From: Perna viridis
Lineage: Eukaryota
NCBI GenBank assembly: GCA_037379345.1
Contig: CM074520.1
Span: forward strand, 21,617,488 to 21,681,487
Direction: 5' to 3'
DNA: 64,000 bases
In this document: piece after piece, positions 36,655 to 50,680 of the stretch
Layout of the letters: each line of letters begins with the position of its first letter
How positions within the stretch are numbered: the first letter of the stretch is position 1
Notes under the pieces: model-generated
What the model was told of the DNA's origin: nothing
Database searches by the model: none
What the model saw: the letters and a program-made list of their open reading frames with translations, nothing else
Position numbers and translations under genes: made by a program

Positions 36655-39600
36655 ACCCCCCCCCCTTTTGTACAAAATACAAATAAAAATGTAATTGTAA
36701 ACATTAATGTGCGTGTTCAAAAACTGTTTCAATACTTCCGGTTCAAGAATGGCGTCCAAATACAGTATTTGCACACAATGAACTGTTGACACAGCTGCCC
36801 TAATGCCCTACTGTCCTTGAATAATATTGTCTACTGTCTACTGTCAAAATTATTATTGTCATATGTAGCTAGTTGGGTGGATATGTAGCTGTAATATTAT
36901 TACTAAATTGAATTTCCACGCCTAACTGGCTCATGTGTACATACTAGAATTTCTGTATGCTACTACTTGCCACGGATCTTTGACCTCACTTAGAAATTTA
37001 GTGAATCTTCCAACAGGCATACATTGCAAAGTGTTACCAAAACAAATAAAAAACACAAAAACAAACACAAAAAAAACCAACTATATACATCTTCACATCT
37101 TGTGTAGGACCACACCTTTCTCGACCACTTTCTACCTGAGACTAAACTCGTCAGGTTAGTTAACAGGTGAACCCAGTTAAGAGTAAACATGTAACGAGTT
37201 AATTTTTTAATTTACAAATAAACAGTCGATACATTGACACCTTACAGTACACCTTTTTACGGATTCTGGTAAATTGTACATTAATACAAGAAATATGAAA
37301 CCCTGAATATGTAAATAATAAATTCAGTACTTGACATGTCCTACACTATAAGAGAAGCACATAGTTCTAGAAATAATTCAAGAAATATATACACATCATA
37401 TATATACCATTTATCATATCTAGCCGCGAAGACTGATCTTACTATACAATCGACAAACCGGACAGTAGTCGACTCTTCGCTGTATCCCATTTGTCTTTTA
37501 ACCGACCTCTGCAAAGTATACTCATCCATAGGATGTGCAAGGCTTCATTTATTATCAGGTCTTTCCGAAAGATTGAAATAACAACGTGGAATATACTGTC
37601 CACAACATCGCGGCTGTCAAACTGGCATACTCAATCAAATAACAAATTTACAAAGTAAACAATATAACACAAGTCTATTATACATGATACAATATTAGAC
37701 TCTACTGAGAGATTTTTCTACCACATTTTCTTTATCTTTACCTGCAGCAATACGAAATCTTTATGGTTGCAACGCCCAACTCACAAGCCTAGGAATTGCT
37801 ACCCTCTAGGTATTCAAGAACGTAGGTGGTTTATGATGTGTCTGTAGAATGAACTATTTCCCGTACCCAAAGCTCTGATATTTTTGAATCGCCCTTACTA
37901 TGGCCTGACACTCCTTCTCAATAGTAGAATATGACAGCTCAATACTTAGGAGTTTTCTGATAGCTTAAGTAATAGGTAGCTTACAGCCATCTTGTTCTTG
38001 AATTAAAAATGCGCAAATACCTCAATCTGATGCGTAGGTTGTCAATATGAATACTTCCACCATATCACGTGACTTCAGAATGTTTGTTTCAACGCATAAA
38101 AAGGTTTTTGCAACATCACTTTCCCCAACAACAGTATTGGGATGTCCCATCGAATGAAGTCTGTCAGAGGGAGTGTAAAGCTATAGAAACTTTAAACAAT
38201 CTTTTTGTCAAAATCAATGAAAAGATCTGACTAGTCCTTTTTTTCATCTAGTGTCTCAGTTTATCTTTATCTGCAATTGCTTATACATGTACCCTATTTT
38301 GGTTTGGTTTCTATCTGTCATCACGTCCAAAGTGGCTTATACACCCTAAACTACTATACCCGAGTGAACACTTACTCGGAATAGCCGTCGCATTTCCTAT
38401 TCTTTGTCTTATTAAAAACTAGTGCAATTCCTCTATAATGTGCTTGCGTCCTCTGTAAAAGGCAAATCTTACAGGGAAATATACTTATACCCAAACAATT
38501 TAGCCAACACATCCTTAGCGTTTGGCATCGCTCAGCATCGAAAATTTTCTGACTATGAAAAACAATAAAATCTATACAGAAACGTTTTTTGACATCATTC
38601 TTTTCACAAATTACAATTGGATATGATTAAAGACTATCCGATGCCTTTATCACACCAAAGTTAAGCATTGAAATTACATCTGCATTTACTGTGTATGTCT
38701 GTCATCACCTGGAGTCAGGCGTCAATGAAAACTCACGAAAATCATCTTGGTCTTCGATCTGGTATCCTTCACTGTTTATAACTGCACATACATTTGCTAA
38801 CGCATCCCATTGAAAACAGAACACAAAACAAATACATCTACATGGTCAATATAATTTTTCAACAGATACACGTGAAAAATTTTGATCTTTCCCTTCATAT
38901 CTACCCTGCGTTTAACTTCTCGGTAAAATTATACGAACCTTTCCATTGCATCAAGAGTTTGTCTATCTGTGATACTTTTACCAAACTGCTTCTAGTTAAC
39001 ACACATATATTTTCTAGTCTCTCCCTTAAATCGATCGCATACTGGCATGTCGTCTTCACTTCGGGATCATCGATCTCTTAAGTTCAGAATTTTTTTTTTC
39101 AATATACTCTTAGGACCCCTTATCTGTCTGTCATATACCAATTCAAATGTGGTCAATTTAAGGCTTTCCTGTGGTACCTTCTGATAAGTAAATAAAAGTT
39201 CGTTCATGACACATTCTACACGTTCAACTAAACCATTTTACATTATGATCTAATGTAGTTGTCAACCGTCTCAGAGAAATCAACCTTCACAAATACCTCA
39301 TTATTGATCACGTAATCTGGCTTCTTTTATTAATTAATATATGCTGAGTTACACATTTTCTTCAGAAAATATCAACCAGCGCTACCTGTACTCTCTCTGT
39401 CATCATACCTTTCAGTGTTACTGCTTCTGGTTAATGGGCAGCATAATCATCTAATGGTCGTTTCAAAGGGATATTTCCTTACCTGAACGTGCATATTGCC
39501 TGATTGCCTGCAAATGTTCGTTATCATTTTATGCCTTCTTGATGTAAACAGGACTAATCTGGTAAGTCAAAATATCCTTCACTTTTAATTGTCGAAAAGG

Positions 39601-39800
39601 TATGCTTTTGTCTGTCATCTGTTGCCTTGATTCTATAGTATTGATCTCATAATTCCTGACTACCAGGATCCCTGGCATTTAACACATTACCTATCAATAA
39701 AACAAAAACATGACTAATCACGCATCAACTTCACCAGTTATATGCATGGTGTGTTTCAACCTTTGTTCAATCTTCTTAAGTGCATAACTGTGTATGACCA
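36655..39800 (-). mobile_element. Heavily decayed Gypsy-type internal region (integrase remnants)
   Basis: NGLVER at ~39220-39238 (minus), RGP..ILK at ~39100-39120, PF..D..P at ~39430-39475; adjacent to the PPT and LTR. Confidence 0.5.
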
Positions 39801-39998
39801 ATTAACGATTCATCATTTACTATGCAGCGCTTCACTACAACATCACTGCATCCCGAATCACGTAAAAAGACACTGACTTATCACAAACATTACCAAACAA
39901 TCAGGTGTCTTTTAAAATTTTATAGTTATGTCGTAAAGTTAATATCTAGTGTTACTAATACTAAAAATGCATTTGAAACGTGTCCTGTATTCTTTCAG

Positions 39999-40036
39999 GG
40001 TCAAGATGATTTGAAAACCAATCTCAATGATGATAT
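39999..40036 (+). CDS. Candidate gene B exon (38 nt, phase 0 to 2): GQDDLKTNLNDD
   Basis: tattctttcag acceptor, gtaagt donor; converts phase 0 from 36164 to phase 2. Confidence 0.55.
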
Positions 40037-40069
40037 GTAAGTTTCATGGTAATGTTATACTCTAGTAGC

Positions 40070-40425
40070 TTTCACGTGGCTTCCGTTAAGTGTACCTACA
40101 CTATCCAAAGAAAAGATAGCGGAAACCATTAATCTGTGCCATCCTCTGTTTGTCTCTCTGCCGAAGAGATGATTGTGATTTGCCGTCTATTTACTAAATT
40201 AATAAACTCCACAAGAACCCATACAAACAACGGTCTATAGATGGATCTGCAAAATGTACCACCAAACCTCTTTCAAAACTTTTAACTTCTATACTCACAG
40301 AATGTCAAAGATGGTATTCAGTCCTACCACAACACTAGTAACTCCCGTAGTGGTATTAATTTAATGTGGATCCTGAAAATTCGTAAGATCTTCTGGAGAC
40401 CATCAATTCAAGATTATTGTCAGAA
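40070..40425 (+). mobile_element. Penelope-like (Naiad-type) RT fragment
   Basis: DLPSIY*INKLHKNPYKQRSIDGSAKCTTKPLSKLLTSILT...SRSGINLMWILK. Confidence 0.85.
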
Positions 40426-40514
40426 TGTAGTTGCATTAACTAAGAGTTTTCACCACTGTATACTTTTATTTCCCATACCTAGTTGAAATCCCGACTAATC
40501 AAACATTAGACATC

Positions 40515-40682
40515 GCTGTTCCTCCAAAGCAGATGGTACACCTAAATTCAAATATATAGTTCTTGGAAGGGATTTCTCAGACTGCATTCAATTCAAAATT
40601 GTTTCTCCAAAACAGATGGTAATCTAAATGCAAATATATAGTCATTGATAAAGATTCCTACTACTGCATTCAATCTAATTTT
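40515..40682 (+). repeat. Two-copy ~85-bp tandem repeat
   Basis: ctccaaa.cagatggta...caaatatatagt...actgcattcaat occurs twice. Confidence 0.75.
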
Positions 40683-41408
40683 GCACGCCAAATACTTTTA
40701 AGAAAACATACAGAGTAGGTGTAGATTACCATAGTGAAAATATCATTAACTTGCCTCACCAGGAACTATTATTTTAATCATAGTTAAAGTACAATTGTGG
40801 TTAATGTCATTACATCCTATTTATCATTCACTAGACAACAACTGCATTTTGACATTACACTACGTGTCTCCACCTCTACCTATCGCCACATACTGTATTC
40901 AACCATGATGCAAGTGATCCCTTATTGTGATCTATCATAACAAGTTAGCAAACATGGGTGAAATTCTCACAACTTTATTGGTAAACTAAGATATTGTTTT
41001 CGAATGCATGATCGTATTTTTGTACTTCAAAATAATTTTTATATCATAAAAATACACATCTTTCAAACGAAATTTTGAAAACAAAAATACTCGTCATTAT
41101 GTATAGAGATAAAACCAAACTTCAGTGAAATGTCTTTATTGTCGTGGCTTCATATAATACTATTGTAATTCATTGAAGCATTGGAATAACATTAGTACAC
41201 GCGTTTTTAAAAGAATATACAATGTTTCTTTTCCAGAATGGTAAGAACGTCTCCTTTATGAATCATTTTTAGTAAAGAGTTCTCTTCTGATTTAGTTAGG
41301 TAGAAGTCCATGTAAGAATCATACAAGATAAGTGATGAATGCATTTAAAAGGGGACAATGGTGTCTTTCTTCCTTTTTTTTATTTTGGACCTCAATCATA
41401 ACCTACAG

Positions 41409-41526
41409 TGATAAAATCTTCAATTAACGCAAGCTCTGAAACAAGTCTGACGTTCGAAATCAGTCTAGACGCTGCAGCCAGCCTTCTCAGAAATGCAATG
41501 TCGGTAGAAAGTTATCTGAAAAAAAC
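41409..41526 (+). CDS. Candidate exon (phase 1 to 2): IKSSINASSETSLTFEISLDAAASLLRNAMSVESYLKK
   Basis: ctacag acceptor, gtatga donor, open frame; entry phase not reconciled with 40036. Confidence 0.35.
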
Positions 41527-42529
41527 GTATGATTTTATTAATTTTCGAGAATTGTGAAAGACCCGTCTATATGCAGCGGTTACTGTAAGAAAAATGATGA
41601 CTGCCGCTGTGGCCTGTCTGCAATTGACCACGGTCATGGGAAATATAATGTACCTGGTTATGAAGGGAAAATACACGTGGGAATATTTTTTCCGCCATAA
41701 GTGATGCTATATGTTTAAAATGAATGATTTGTTTTTGAACAGATTAGAAATATAAACACATGTAATGTCGCCCTTTGCACGTTTTTTATCTGCATGTAAC
41801 AGTTAGTAAAGAAGTGTAAGTTGATTACTGAATGCTGAAGGTTACGAGACAAATAATCATTTTCCTTTTTTTCAGAGTGGTGTTTTTCTGTCGCAAAAAA
41901 CCTAAAAAACAAGAAGTAAACTGATAAAAATGTAAAACATCGGCCTTGTATTTACAATCATGTCTGTCACATATCCGTCAGCCTTTTGAGCAGTATTTAA
42001 AGGTGGCATATAAAGTAATCACTTCGATTTTTTAAATATTGCCATTATCGCCATTTCAAGACGGACACCCGACACATATGCCATTTAAACACCAACAATA
42101 TGAAACAAAAGTTGAAAAAAATATATAAGTTTACTTTATTTTATTTAAATCATCAGAAGTTGATCCTTTTGAAGTTAGAAGAATGACTTTACAATTGCTT
42201 ATAAAGGGTGACTTTTTTTCATTTCTATAATATCGTACCTGTCCGTTGCAGGTACGGATAATCCCCCTAGGTATACTGCTGAATCAATTATCTACAGTTT
42301 ATTATCTAAACATCTACTACATCATTCAGTTTATAATTATAACTTTTATAAAGTTTTCAACCACTGAATAAATTCAAGAATACATTAAGTTCAAGTAGAA
42401 TTGAGATAAACAAACATCTGAAAAAAAATAACTATTGGACATATTTATCAACTTTCATTATGTAGAATGAAAAGATCTTGATGAATACATCTCTTGATCA
42501 ACGTTAACTTAATAAACCATATGAAAAAA

Positions 42530-43225
42530 AATCGAATTTGAGATTCATATTTTTTTTAGTTTTTTCGTTGCCATGGCGCCAGACAACATACAAATTCACT
42601 ATTGTTTGCTTTATTTTATTAGGCTCTTTAAACTATACCATCAAACCAAATTTCAAGTTTCTAGCCACATCGGCTTCCAAGATATTGCAATGTCCAAGAT
42701 TATGAACTTTGGTAGCAATTTTGAAAATGGCGGCATATTGGCGAAAATTTATTATACAAATTCCGATATATTTATAAGACGCAGCATTCAACAAAGTTTC
42801 ATTAAATTTGCCTACTAAATAAAACAGTTATAGGTGTGAGAAAAAAAGGGGTTTGGTATCCATGAATTTTTCGATGCCATGGCAACTGGCAACATATCGA
42901 TTCACTTTTTTTGCTCAATGTTATAAGACACATTCTACCATCATAACAAATTTCAAGTTTCTAGCCACCTAGGTTTCCGAGAATTTGCAATGTCCTAGAT
43001 TATGAACTTTTCACGTTTCCATGGAAACGGTAGCCATATTTTTCGCCAAAAGTTCTGGTGCACCCTTTTCAATACCATCTACCACAATACCAAGTTTCAA
43101 TTCATTCCCTTCAGTGATGCTCTCTAAAAACTCTGGACAAAAATCATTGGAAGAGGAATAATAATAATAAGAAACAGTACAATAACAACATGTCACCCAG
43201 TCATTAGTGGTCGGCGACTTAATTA
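42530..43225 (-). mobile_element. HINE-like non-autonomous element with an internal tandem duplication and ccatggcaac motifs
   Basis: 42555-42715 repeats at 42860-43010; (aat)n microsatellite; terminal hairpin gtcacc...ggcgac followed by ttaat. Confidence 0.55.
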
Positions 43226-43679
43226 AGAACCGATTCCCTTATGTTTACCTACCGATACGTCGAGAAATGTCAAAATGCTGTTGTTCTCTAATATGGCATG
43301 TATTTCTTATTCACTTAAAAAGTCACCGTTGAATGCATTTTATGAAGGTAGCTAAGGTTTTGAGGTTTCATTTAATGACATGATAGGTTTGAGTACACAA
43401 TAAGTGTCACTCTGTACGGGACATGGTACCTTCTGTACAAATTTAAGAGAATCTTCCTTTGATTTAGACATTTGTAAAAACCTGTTCATCAAATTTCCTA
43501 ATTGATCTTAATTTTTTTTATAAAGGCCTAGTTTAAATATCTTAGTACTTAATCGTTGTTTTAAACACAGTCAGAATGAATGGAATTCTATTTTCCAGGG
43601 CATGCAGCTATATTGGAAGGCAAGTATAATGATGTCATTGATAATTGTTTCATGAAACCTTCAACTTGTATTGCCTGTA

Positions 43680-44085
43680 TACTGGTCCATGCTCCCAGTT
43701 TTTAGTGGTGTTCAAGCTGCTCATTTGCTTTAGTTACTTTGTATTTATGATTTTAGTTACTTGATGTTTTTTTGTTGTGTATGTCTGTTTTCCATGTCTG
43801 GTCTTTGTCCCTGGATTACATTCATCATGATCTCGTGGGTCGTTATGGTGTATCCAGCTGCACCATGAAAACTGATTTATTTAACGGGTTATAGTTTTCC
43901 AGTTCTCGTTTGTCTACCCCGAACTTGACTTTTTATAAGCAACTCAGCGGGAGTTTCTAGAAAAGCAGTGGACGCTTACCCCACCGGTGCACCTGGTCCA
44001 TGCTCCAAGTTTTTAGTGGAGTCCGAGTCTTATTTGTTTTTGTTGCTTTGTATGTATAATTTTGGTAGCTGTATGTTCTTTTTTG
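43680..44085 (+). mobile_element. Two partial, permuted Naiad-type tails in tandem
   Basis: The 3' half of the tail (43682-43822) precedes the 5' part plus a second copy of the same segment (43830-44080). Confidence 0.78.
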
Positions 44086-44255
44086 TGTGTGTGTGTGGTG
44101 TCTTTAACCAAGCACGTATTCATTTGCAAAACTGTTGATATTTGTGAAGTGATTTAACTTCTCATACGCGAACAATTCAAATTGTGTACGCTAGAAATTT
44201 ATATGGTTAGAATAATTATTTTTAATTTTTCATGTGAAGTTGTTATACATACAAG

Positions 44256-44384
44256 TCTTTGGTTTTCTTAACAATCGAGGTTCTCAGCCCAAAAGTGGAG
44301 GATCTGGTTCAAAAGATGTCAGCACCATGCTGGGTATAGATAAGGAAGAATTGAAAACAAAAAAAAATGAATCTCATGTAACAG
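44256..44384 (+). CDS. Candidate exon (phase 1-1): FGFLNNRGSQPKSGGSGSKDVSTMLGIDKEELKTKKNESHVT
   Basis: Protein-like open frame, CAG|gtgtat donor, weak acceptor. Confidence 0.4.
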
Positions 44385-46294
44385 GTGTATGTATATATAT
44401 TTCATTTTATTTTCCATATCAGCCTGTCTGTTTCAACAGGAAACTTTAGTATCAAACCTGAGAGCTTTGTTTGAGGGGTGCTATGGTTTAACGGCCGATG
44501 CATGGGACGATACGGAACAATAATTGTTTTATTTTACATTTGAATCATAACATAAATCTAGATAATCATTTTCTGTTCATTTGTTTATTATTTCTTCATT
44601 CATATAAAAATTATTTGATTTATGATCAGAAGGTTACTATTTTATTAAACGATAACGTTGTCATTGATGACTGGCTGATACCCATAATGTAGCTGTTGAT
44701 GACAAGCCAATAATCAGTTATCAACCTTGGGTTGATATCGGCTTGCAATTTTCAGCATTATCAAAAGCGTCTTTATAACTTTCAAAAATGTATACAGTAT
44801 TTATGTAGTAATAATTTGAGCGTAAATTATAATAGAAAATCCTTATTTTTTTGTATTTGGTTATAATTAATATATCCATCCCGGATAAGATCAATATTTA
44901 CTTAAGGTTTCTTTTTTTTTTCTAAGAAAATATTAGTAGAAAAAAGAAACCACATAAGCGTATAAACAGTGAATTTGCATGATTAAAGGCGTTTGTTCAG
45001 AAAATGTCAAAATCAGCACCAAACACGAGAATGTTTCTAATTAATTCAAAAATTGCATTATTCATTTGTTGAATATTTGCCTTGATTCATTGTGGTTAAT
45101 GCGTTTGTTGCATTAAAATTATAGATGAAAACAATGAAAATTTCGAACATTTAAAATATCTTATTTTATAAGACATTTTTATGTAGAAAATATAGTGCGC
45201 ATTTGTCAAATTCTTTAAACAAAAAAACAACCATTTGTACCATCACAACCTTGACAAACAAATATGTGGTTCAAAGCTTGTGCTCTATTTTGTTACTTTG
45301 TTATTATTAAAAACTACCCCTTTCTTCTAATTTGTTTTAAACATTCTATGCAAATCATGTTGGAGCAATGATTTGTGCCCTCCTTTAGACTAATGAGGAC
45401 ACAAAAGTTTTTATTATTTGTATATTAGTATTCATGTATTATTTCACCTTAAAAATACGCAAATAGAAAATTTGAAATAGTTAGTTGAAATTTCGGCAAA
45501 ATAGTAGGCCTAAAATTAGCTTGAGTGAAATTTATCCCCTAAAAATAAAACAAAATATTTGATGCATTCTAATAAATATTTTATGCCATACCCATTACGC
45601 GGCAAGTACTTATTGTTTATATATGACAGTCATTATTAAGTTCAGTTGCATATTGGCCTTATTTCGCCAATTTGCTACAGATCTTTTTTCCAGTTTTACA
45701 TTTTAGACATTTAGATGTGTGGTTTTTTTTGTTATATTAAAGTAGCTTACATATAAAGTCAATATTTTTTCTTGTTGAATTTTGATGCAATTATGTGCCT
45801 TGTATATGGAATACTTTTAAAACTTAGAGGAAACCATTCCAAGTGTACAAAATTATCAAAAACAATACTGTGTAAATTTGTTGTAGTTTTAACTATTTCA
45901 AGTTCTTGCTAGATCCAGAGAGATGTTAATAATTAAACTTCTTTAAGTTTCAATCCAAATATATCTGAGTTACCTCTTCCTCTTCAAATATGTAGAACAG
46001 GATATAAGTACCTCACTTTTGGGAAGTTTCAGGCTTCCATAAATAAAATTCTTGAAGTCTAATATGCCATTAAAATATTAAACTTTATTTTACCTGGGCA
46101 AGTGTACATTAACTGCTGTGCAAATTAAAAATTCAGCTAGAGAAGAGCTCGTGTGTTGGCACTTTGACAGATAATATGACTTGTCTGATGTCAGTTCACT
46201 GTAATTTATTATAACCTATAAATACAAGGATAGAATAAACGTATATTGAAAAAAGAAACCTAATTTATGTTTAACTACTTCCTATTTCATGATT

Positions 46295-46610
46295 AGCATT
46301 GTCAAAATAATGATGGCTCCCTGCACAGGACTCTACCTGTAACAACTGACAAATCTATAGCAACATCGTCTACACTACCTCTAATGCTCAAGATCACTTA
46401 GCCAGTATGTCTATTAAATATGGCTTTTGCTGGCAGTTTGTTTCCCCCTTGTAGATTTTATCTAGGGCTGTAAAGTAAAAACACAGGTGTCGTAGTACAG
46501 AAGATGATTTTCACCAAGGTGACGTCATGAAGGGTAGAGGATCAAATTAAGGATACAAGATACATCATAATCTAAGGTTGTGACGACTTCATTTGCTTAG
46601 CTTCTCCATC
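46295..46610 (-). mobile_element. Strongly diverged relative of the tRNA-derived array element
   Basis: Minus strand keeps gatggag, gtcgtcaca, ttaatttgatcctcta, gtactac, ttacagccctagat, gccagc.aaagc.atattt and ctggc..agtg.tc in the same order. Confidence 0.7.
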
Positions 46611-46717
46611 TGAAGATAAAATATGCTGTTAAACTTTAACCATGCTGACTTTTTATATTTTCATATCTGCATGACTAAAGTTGAAGATAATTAGTTTTCA
46701 TGTGTTGTATATTGTAG

Positions 46718-46807
46718 ACATATGGAGAATATGCGTGCTAATCAATACAGGTCTGAACGAGACGAAGCAAGAGAAAAGTACAGAACAATTATTGAAGATT
46801 TTAAACA
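46718..46807 (+). CDS. Gene B exon (90 nt, phase 2-2 if the GC donor gcgagt is used): HMENMRANQYRSERDEAREKYRTIIEDFK(Q)
   Basis: attgtag acceptor; ERDEAREK matches the ERDDAKEK/ERHKSEEK repeats of the next exon. Confidence 0.6.
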
Positions 46808-47837
46808 GCGAGTATCATGTATTGTTATATCCCCCTCAAGCAAAGTTTTGGGGTATACCACCACTGTCTGTCTATAATCCGCCCACAGTTCTTGTCAGTA
46901 CCACTTCTCATAGTTTTTATAAATGTAGGTCCAATTTAACACGTTTAAGGTGCTAAAAGGGATAAAATCAGAATTTTAATAGTTCATTGGTAATCTGATT
47001 TTGATAATTCATCTTTGAAATTTTGTTTGAAGGGTTTTTTATATCCCGCCACACGAAGCGTTTTCATTTAGTTATTGGGGACCAAGAGGGCCGAAAAGGT
47101 GACTTTCATTCGTTTATATTATGCCTTCTTCTATGTAAAACTTGTCTGATTTTTTTGAGATTTAGATACATTGGTCCTATGGTAATTTCATGGTATCAAG
47201 GGGTACAAGATTTCCTCTTCCTCGACTGAACAGTCAACAAATGTTTTATCTTAATCATAATGATAGTATTCAACTGCCAACATTATTTTATTGTTTTTTT
47301 TTTTTTTTTTTGTGATCACGCTTTTTTTTTTTTGGGGGGGGGGGGGGAGTTGATGTTGTCCAACAATAAACCCCGAGTAAATCTTAACTTTGATAAGCCA
47401 ATGAGAATCAGAGGGAGAAAAAAACTGTGAAATATGTGTACGGCGCTATTGCCTACGTCAATAGTAAAAACTGTTGACATGTTAAACAGAACAAATCAGG
47501 CTTCTAGGAGTAATAGTTTAAAATGTTACACTTTATTTACTACAAAACAGTTATACTGAAGTATAATAAAAGATTGTAAATTTGTGGTTCTATCAGTCCT
47601 GTATGAATGTGTATCAGTATGTTTGAATTTCTTTTGTTATATTTTCTGTAACCACTCATTACGTTTACATAATATTATACAAAAGCTCTGCATTAGTCTG
47701 CCATACTGTTGAGCACATCTTAAGACTCACCTAAATCAACGTCAGATTTTTACCTAATGGTTTTTATACATATTTGCTATCTTTGATTAGTACAATATCA
47801 TGCATATTAAGTATAACTTGTGATGATACGTTTACAG

Positions 47838-47945
47838 ATATAAAGAAAATTGTGAACGCAAAGTTGTCTGCATGCACAGTGAAAGGCACAAATCTGAAGA
47901 AAAAATAAAAAGTTTGGAGAATCATGCAAATTATCTTATAAACAG
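47838..47945 (+). CDS. Gene B exon (108 nt, phase 2-2): YKENCERKVVCMHSERHKSEEKIKSLENHANYLIN(R)
   Basis: tttacag acceptor, gtaagt donor; paralogue of 880-1038. Confidence 0.85.
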
Positions 47946-48269
47946 GTAAGTTAGCATTTCTTTTCGATTGGTTAAGAACATATGAACATCATAGTCCTTT
48001 GCCAGCCTTGTATATATAGTTGGTACAATGTAGCATGTTAAATGTTTCGAATGAATGCTTTCTCCTCTTTACATATTTTTCGTACTTTGCAAATCAATGT
48101 TCAGTTTTTTCTATGCAGTAACATTAAAAAGAAGAATAGAATTTGATTTAGTTTTAATAATTTTGACAGAAGGTGAAACATGATTATGGTGTTTGTTCTC
48201 CCCCCTGTTGCAATTTTTTAGTTACATTTTTTCTCTGCAACTGCCAATCTGTTACCCACTTGATATTAC

Positions 48270-50015
48270 ATAAATGCGATGAATTTATTTGGCAAACATC
48301 CACGACGGAAAGGAGTTATGGCCATCGCCACCATACGTCACCTAAGATACGCGATGTCTCCATAGATGGTCTCCTTCCTTTCATTCAAAAATCTCATCTC
48401 TAGATCTCTTAGACTTCATCACACTCGAACTATAGTTTATTATACATCTCTCATTCTACCACACTCCTTTTACAAATCAAGTCTTGATACTCCTATTTCT
48501 GAACCTACCTTATCATTATATAGACTTGTTGACGCCAGTTTGGCTATTGGTTTCCATAGACTCTTTAAACCAGATTGTGTAAAAGGTCAAGATGAAGAAA
48601 AAAGAGAATTTCTCTCCACTCCCGTTTGTCAACAAAGGTATTAATGCAATTAAGTTGGCCACTATCCTTCATCATAAAAAACGTAACCAACAAAATCCCC
48701 CATATGACAAACGCCAATCAACACTGATTATTTCATATTCCTTTACTTCAGCTATTGCATCCAAAATTTCAATTATAAAAGGCTATTGCAGAACCTCGAG
48801 ATTGATGGCTTCAAGGCTAAACCACCTGACTGTTTTTGCAAAAACTCTCTATTCAAATATGATCTTCTCAGTCACGTTACGGGAGATTTAAGCATCAGCG
48901 AAGACAGATATCTGTATAAGGCCCTTTTTCAGGTCCCAAGTACCGTGAGCCACGTATCATAAATTGGAATAATAATTGTTCTAACGGATGCTGTGGAGGA
49001 CTACGCAAAAGAATGGATAAAACGAGAATGAAAGACATTAAATAAAAGTTTTAAGTAGGCCAATGAGTGTCAATGCTACATCAGTTTTTAAAGACCCCGA
49101 TGTGGCAAACGAGGCAGAAAATTACAGTGACACAAACTATACTGCTACTAAACTATCGAAAGAAGAGATAGTGGAAAACCATAAATCTGTGCTATCCTTT
49201 TATGATATCTCTACCAAAGACAATGATTGTGATTTGCCGGCTATGTACAAGATTCCTAAACTCTACAAGAATCAATACAAACAACGTTACATAGATGGAT
49301 CTGCTGAATGTACCACCAAACCTCTTTTAAAACTTTTAATTTCTATAATATTCTATCCTAAAAAATTCGAAAGATCTTCTGGATACCATCAATTCAAAAA
49401 TTCGAACGTGATGACCTTACATTCAAAAATCCCAATCCTTTCATCTGCGGCAACATCCTTTCAGCACTTGCGTATGGAGTTTTCATATCACAACGCATAC
49501 GTTATGCAAGGTTTGCCATAACTTCTTGTATTGCGCTAGACCTCTTTTAATTAGCCTTTAGGAACAAACTTATGTTGCTACAAGATTGAAGTCATCACTA
49601 CACAAGTTTATGGTCACCATGAACTCGTGGATCATTACGGTGAGAACCACACCATGATAATTGATTTGTTCAACATGTCCTATTTTTTCTTTCCTCCTTT
49701 GTCTACCCCGGACTTGACTTTTATAAGCGGGTGTTTATAGAAAGCAGAGAAAGTTTACCCTACCGGTGCACCTGGTCCATGCTCCCAGTTTTTAATGGAG
49801 TCCGGGTTGCTCATTTATTTTTGGTATATATTATTTTAGTTACCTTATGTTATTTGATGTGTTTGTCTGTTGTTCATGTCTGGTATTTGTCCCTGGATGA
49901 CATTCTTTGGATTTCTGCTAGAATCTTGGTTCTCTTGATCACTCTTCCATGTTTGGTATTGCCCCTGGATTGCAGTCTTTTGATTATCGCTAGAGTCTTG
50001 GTTCTTTTGATAGTG
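48270..50015 (+). mobile_element. Internally deleted Penelope-like (Naiad-type) element with RT remnants and a partly duplicated tail
   Basis: DLPAMYKIPKLYKNQYKQRYIDGSAECTTKPL; gpkyrep-like segment at ~48930; C-terminus and tail; absent from the paralogous gene A intron. Confidence 0.85.
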
Positions 50016-50680
50016 TTCGAGTTCACAATTTTTGTAACAGTTTTATCTGTATTAGACTTCTTATTAAATGAACTTGATTTTTTGATAGAAGATTTGTAAA
50101 TCGTTTCTTTTTTTAATATCCCCGTAAACAAAAGTTTGGGATATACAGGTTTCATCCTTTCAATCTACACGTTTTTCCGTCTGTCGGTCTGCAATTATTT
50201 TCTTAACAACTTGCAGCATGATATTGTTATGAAACTTTGTTCGATGTAAAATAGCGGCATGGACATCAGCATTTCAACAATTAAAAGTTGAGTAACAATT
50301 GAAGAAATAATGGCTGATGGACCATGTGGTTTGATTAGTTATTTTATTAAATATTTGGAAAATTAAACTCAAATGACTTTTTTTTAAATATGTATAGATG
50401 CTTTTTGATTTGCCCAGGTAAGTTACTCAACATCTCTCTTTCAAAACATTCTAGTTAACTAAGTACATTCCATATAAAAATATGTGGGTAACTTGTAAAA
50501 CTATTTCAGATGTAAAGAACGTATAAAAGAACTAATAGCAACCAACAGGACTATATTTTAGAACTACAAAACAGGTTTATAACATTGTTGTTGTCTTCAT
50601 GAGTCAAAAATTATATATATTGTTAATGAATACTGGACATTCATTCACAGGTTGGTTAAGGCGGACACGAGTTTTTTTTT

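Noticed and set aside
42070-43430. Apparent inverted-repeat transposon ends
   Set aside because: Short reverse-complement matches are not in nested order, so they do not form TIRs.
41237-43620. Other candidate micro-exons of gene B (41237-41240, ~41876-41916, 43599-43619)
   Set aside because: Plausible splice signals but no consistent phase path and no homology support.
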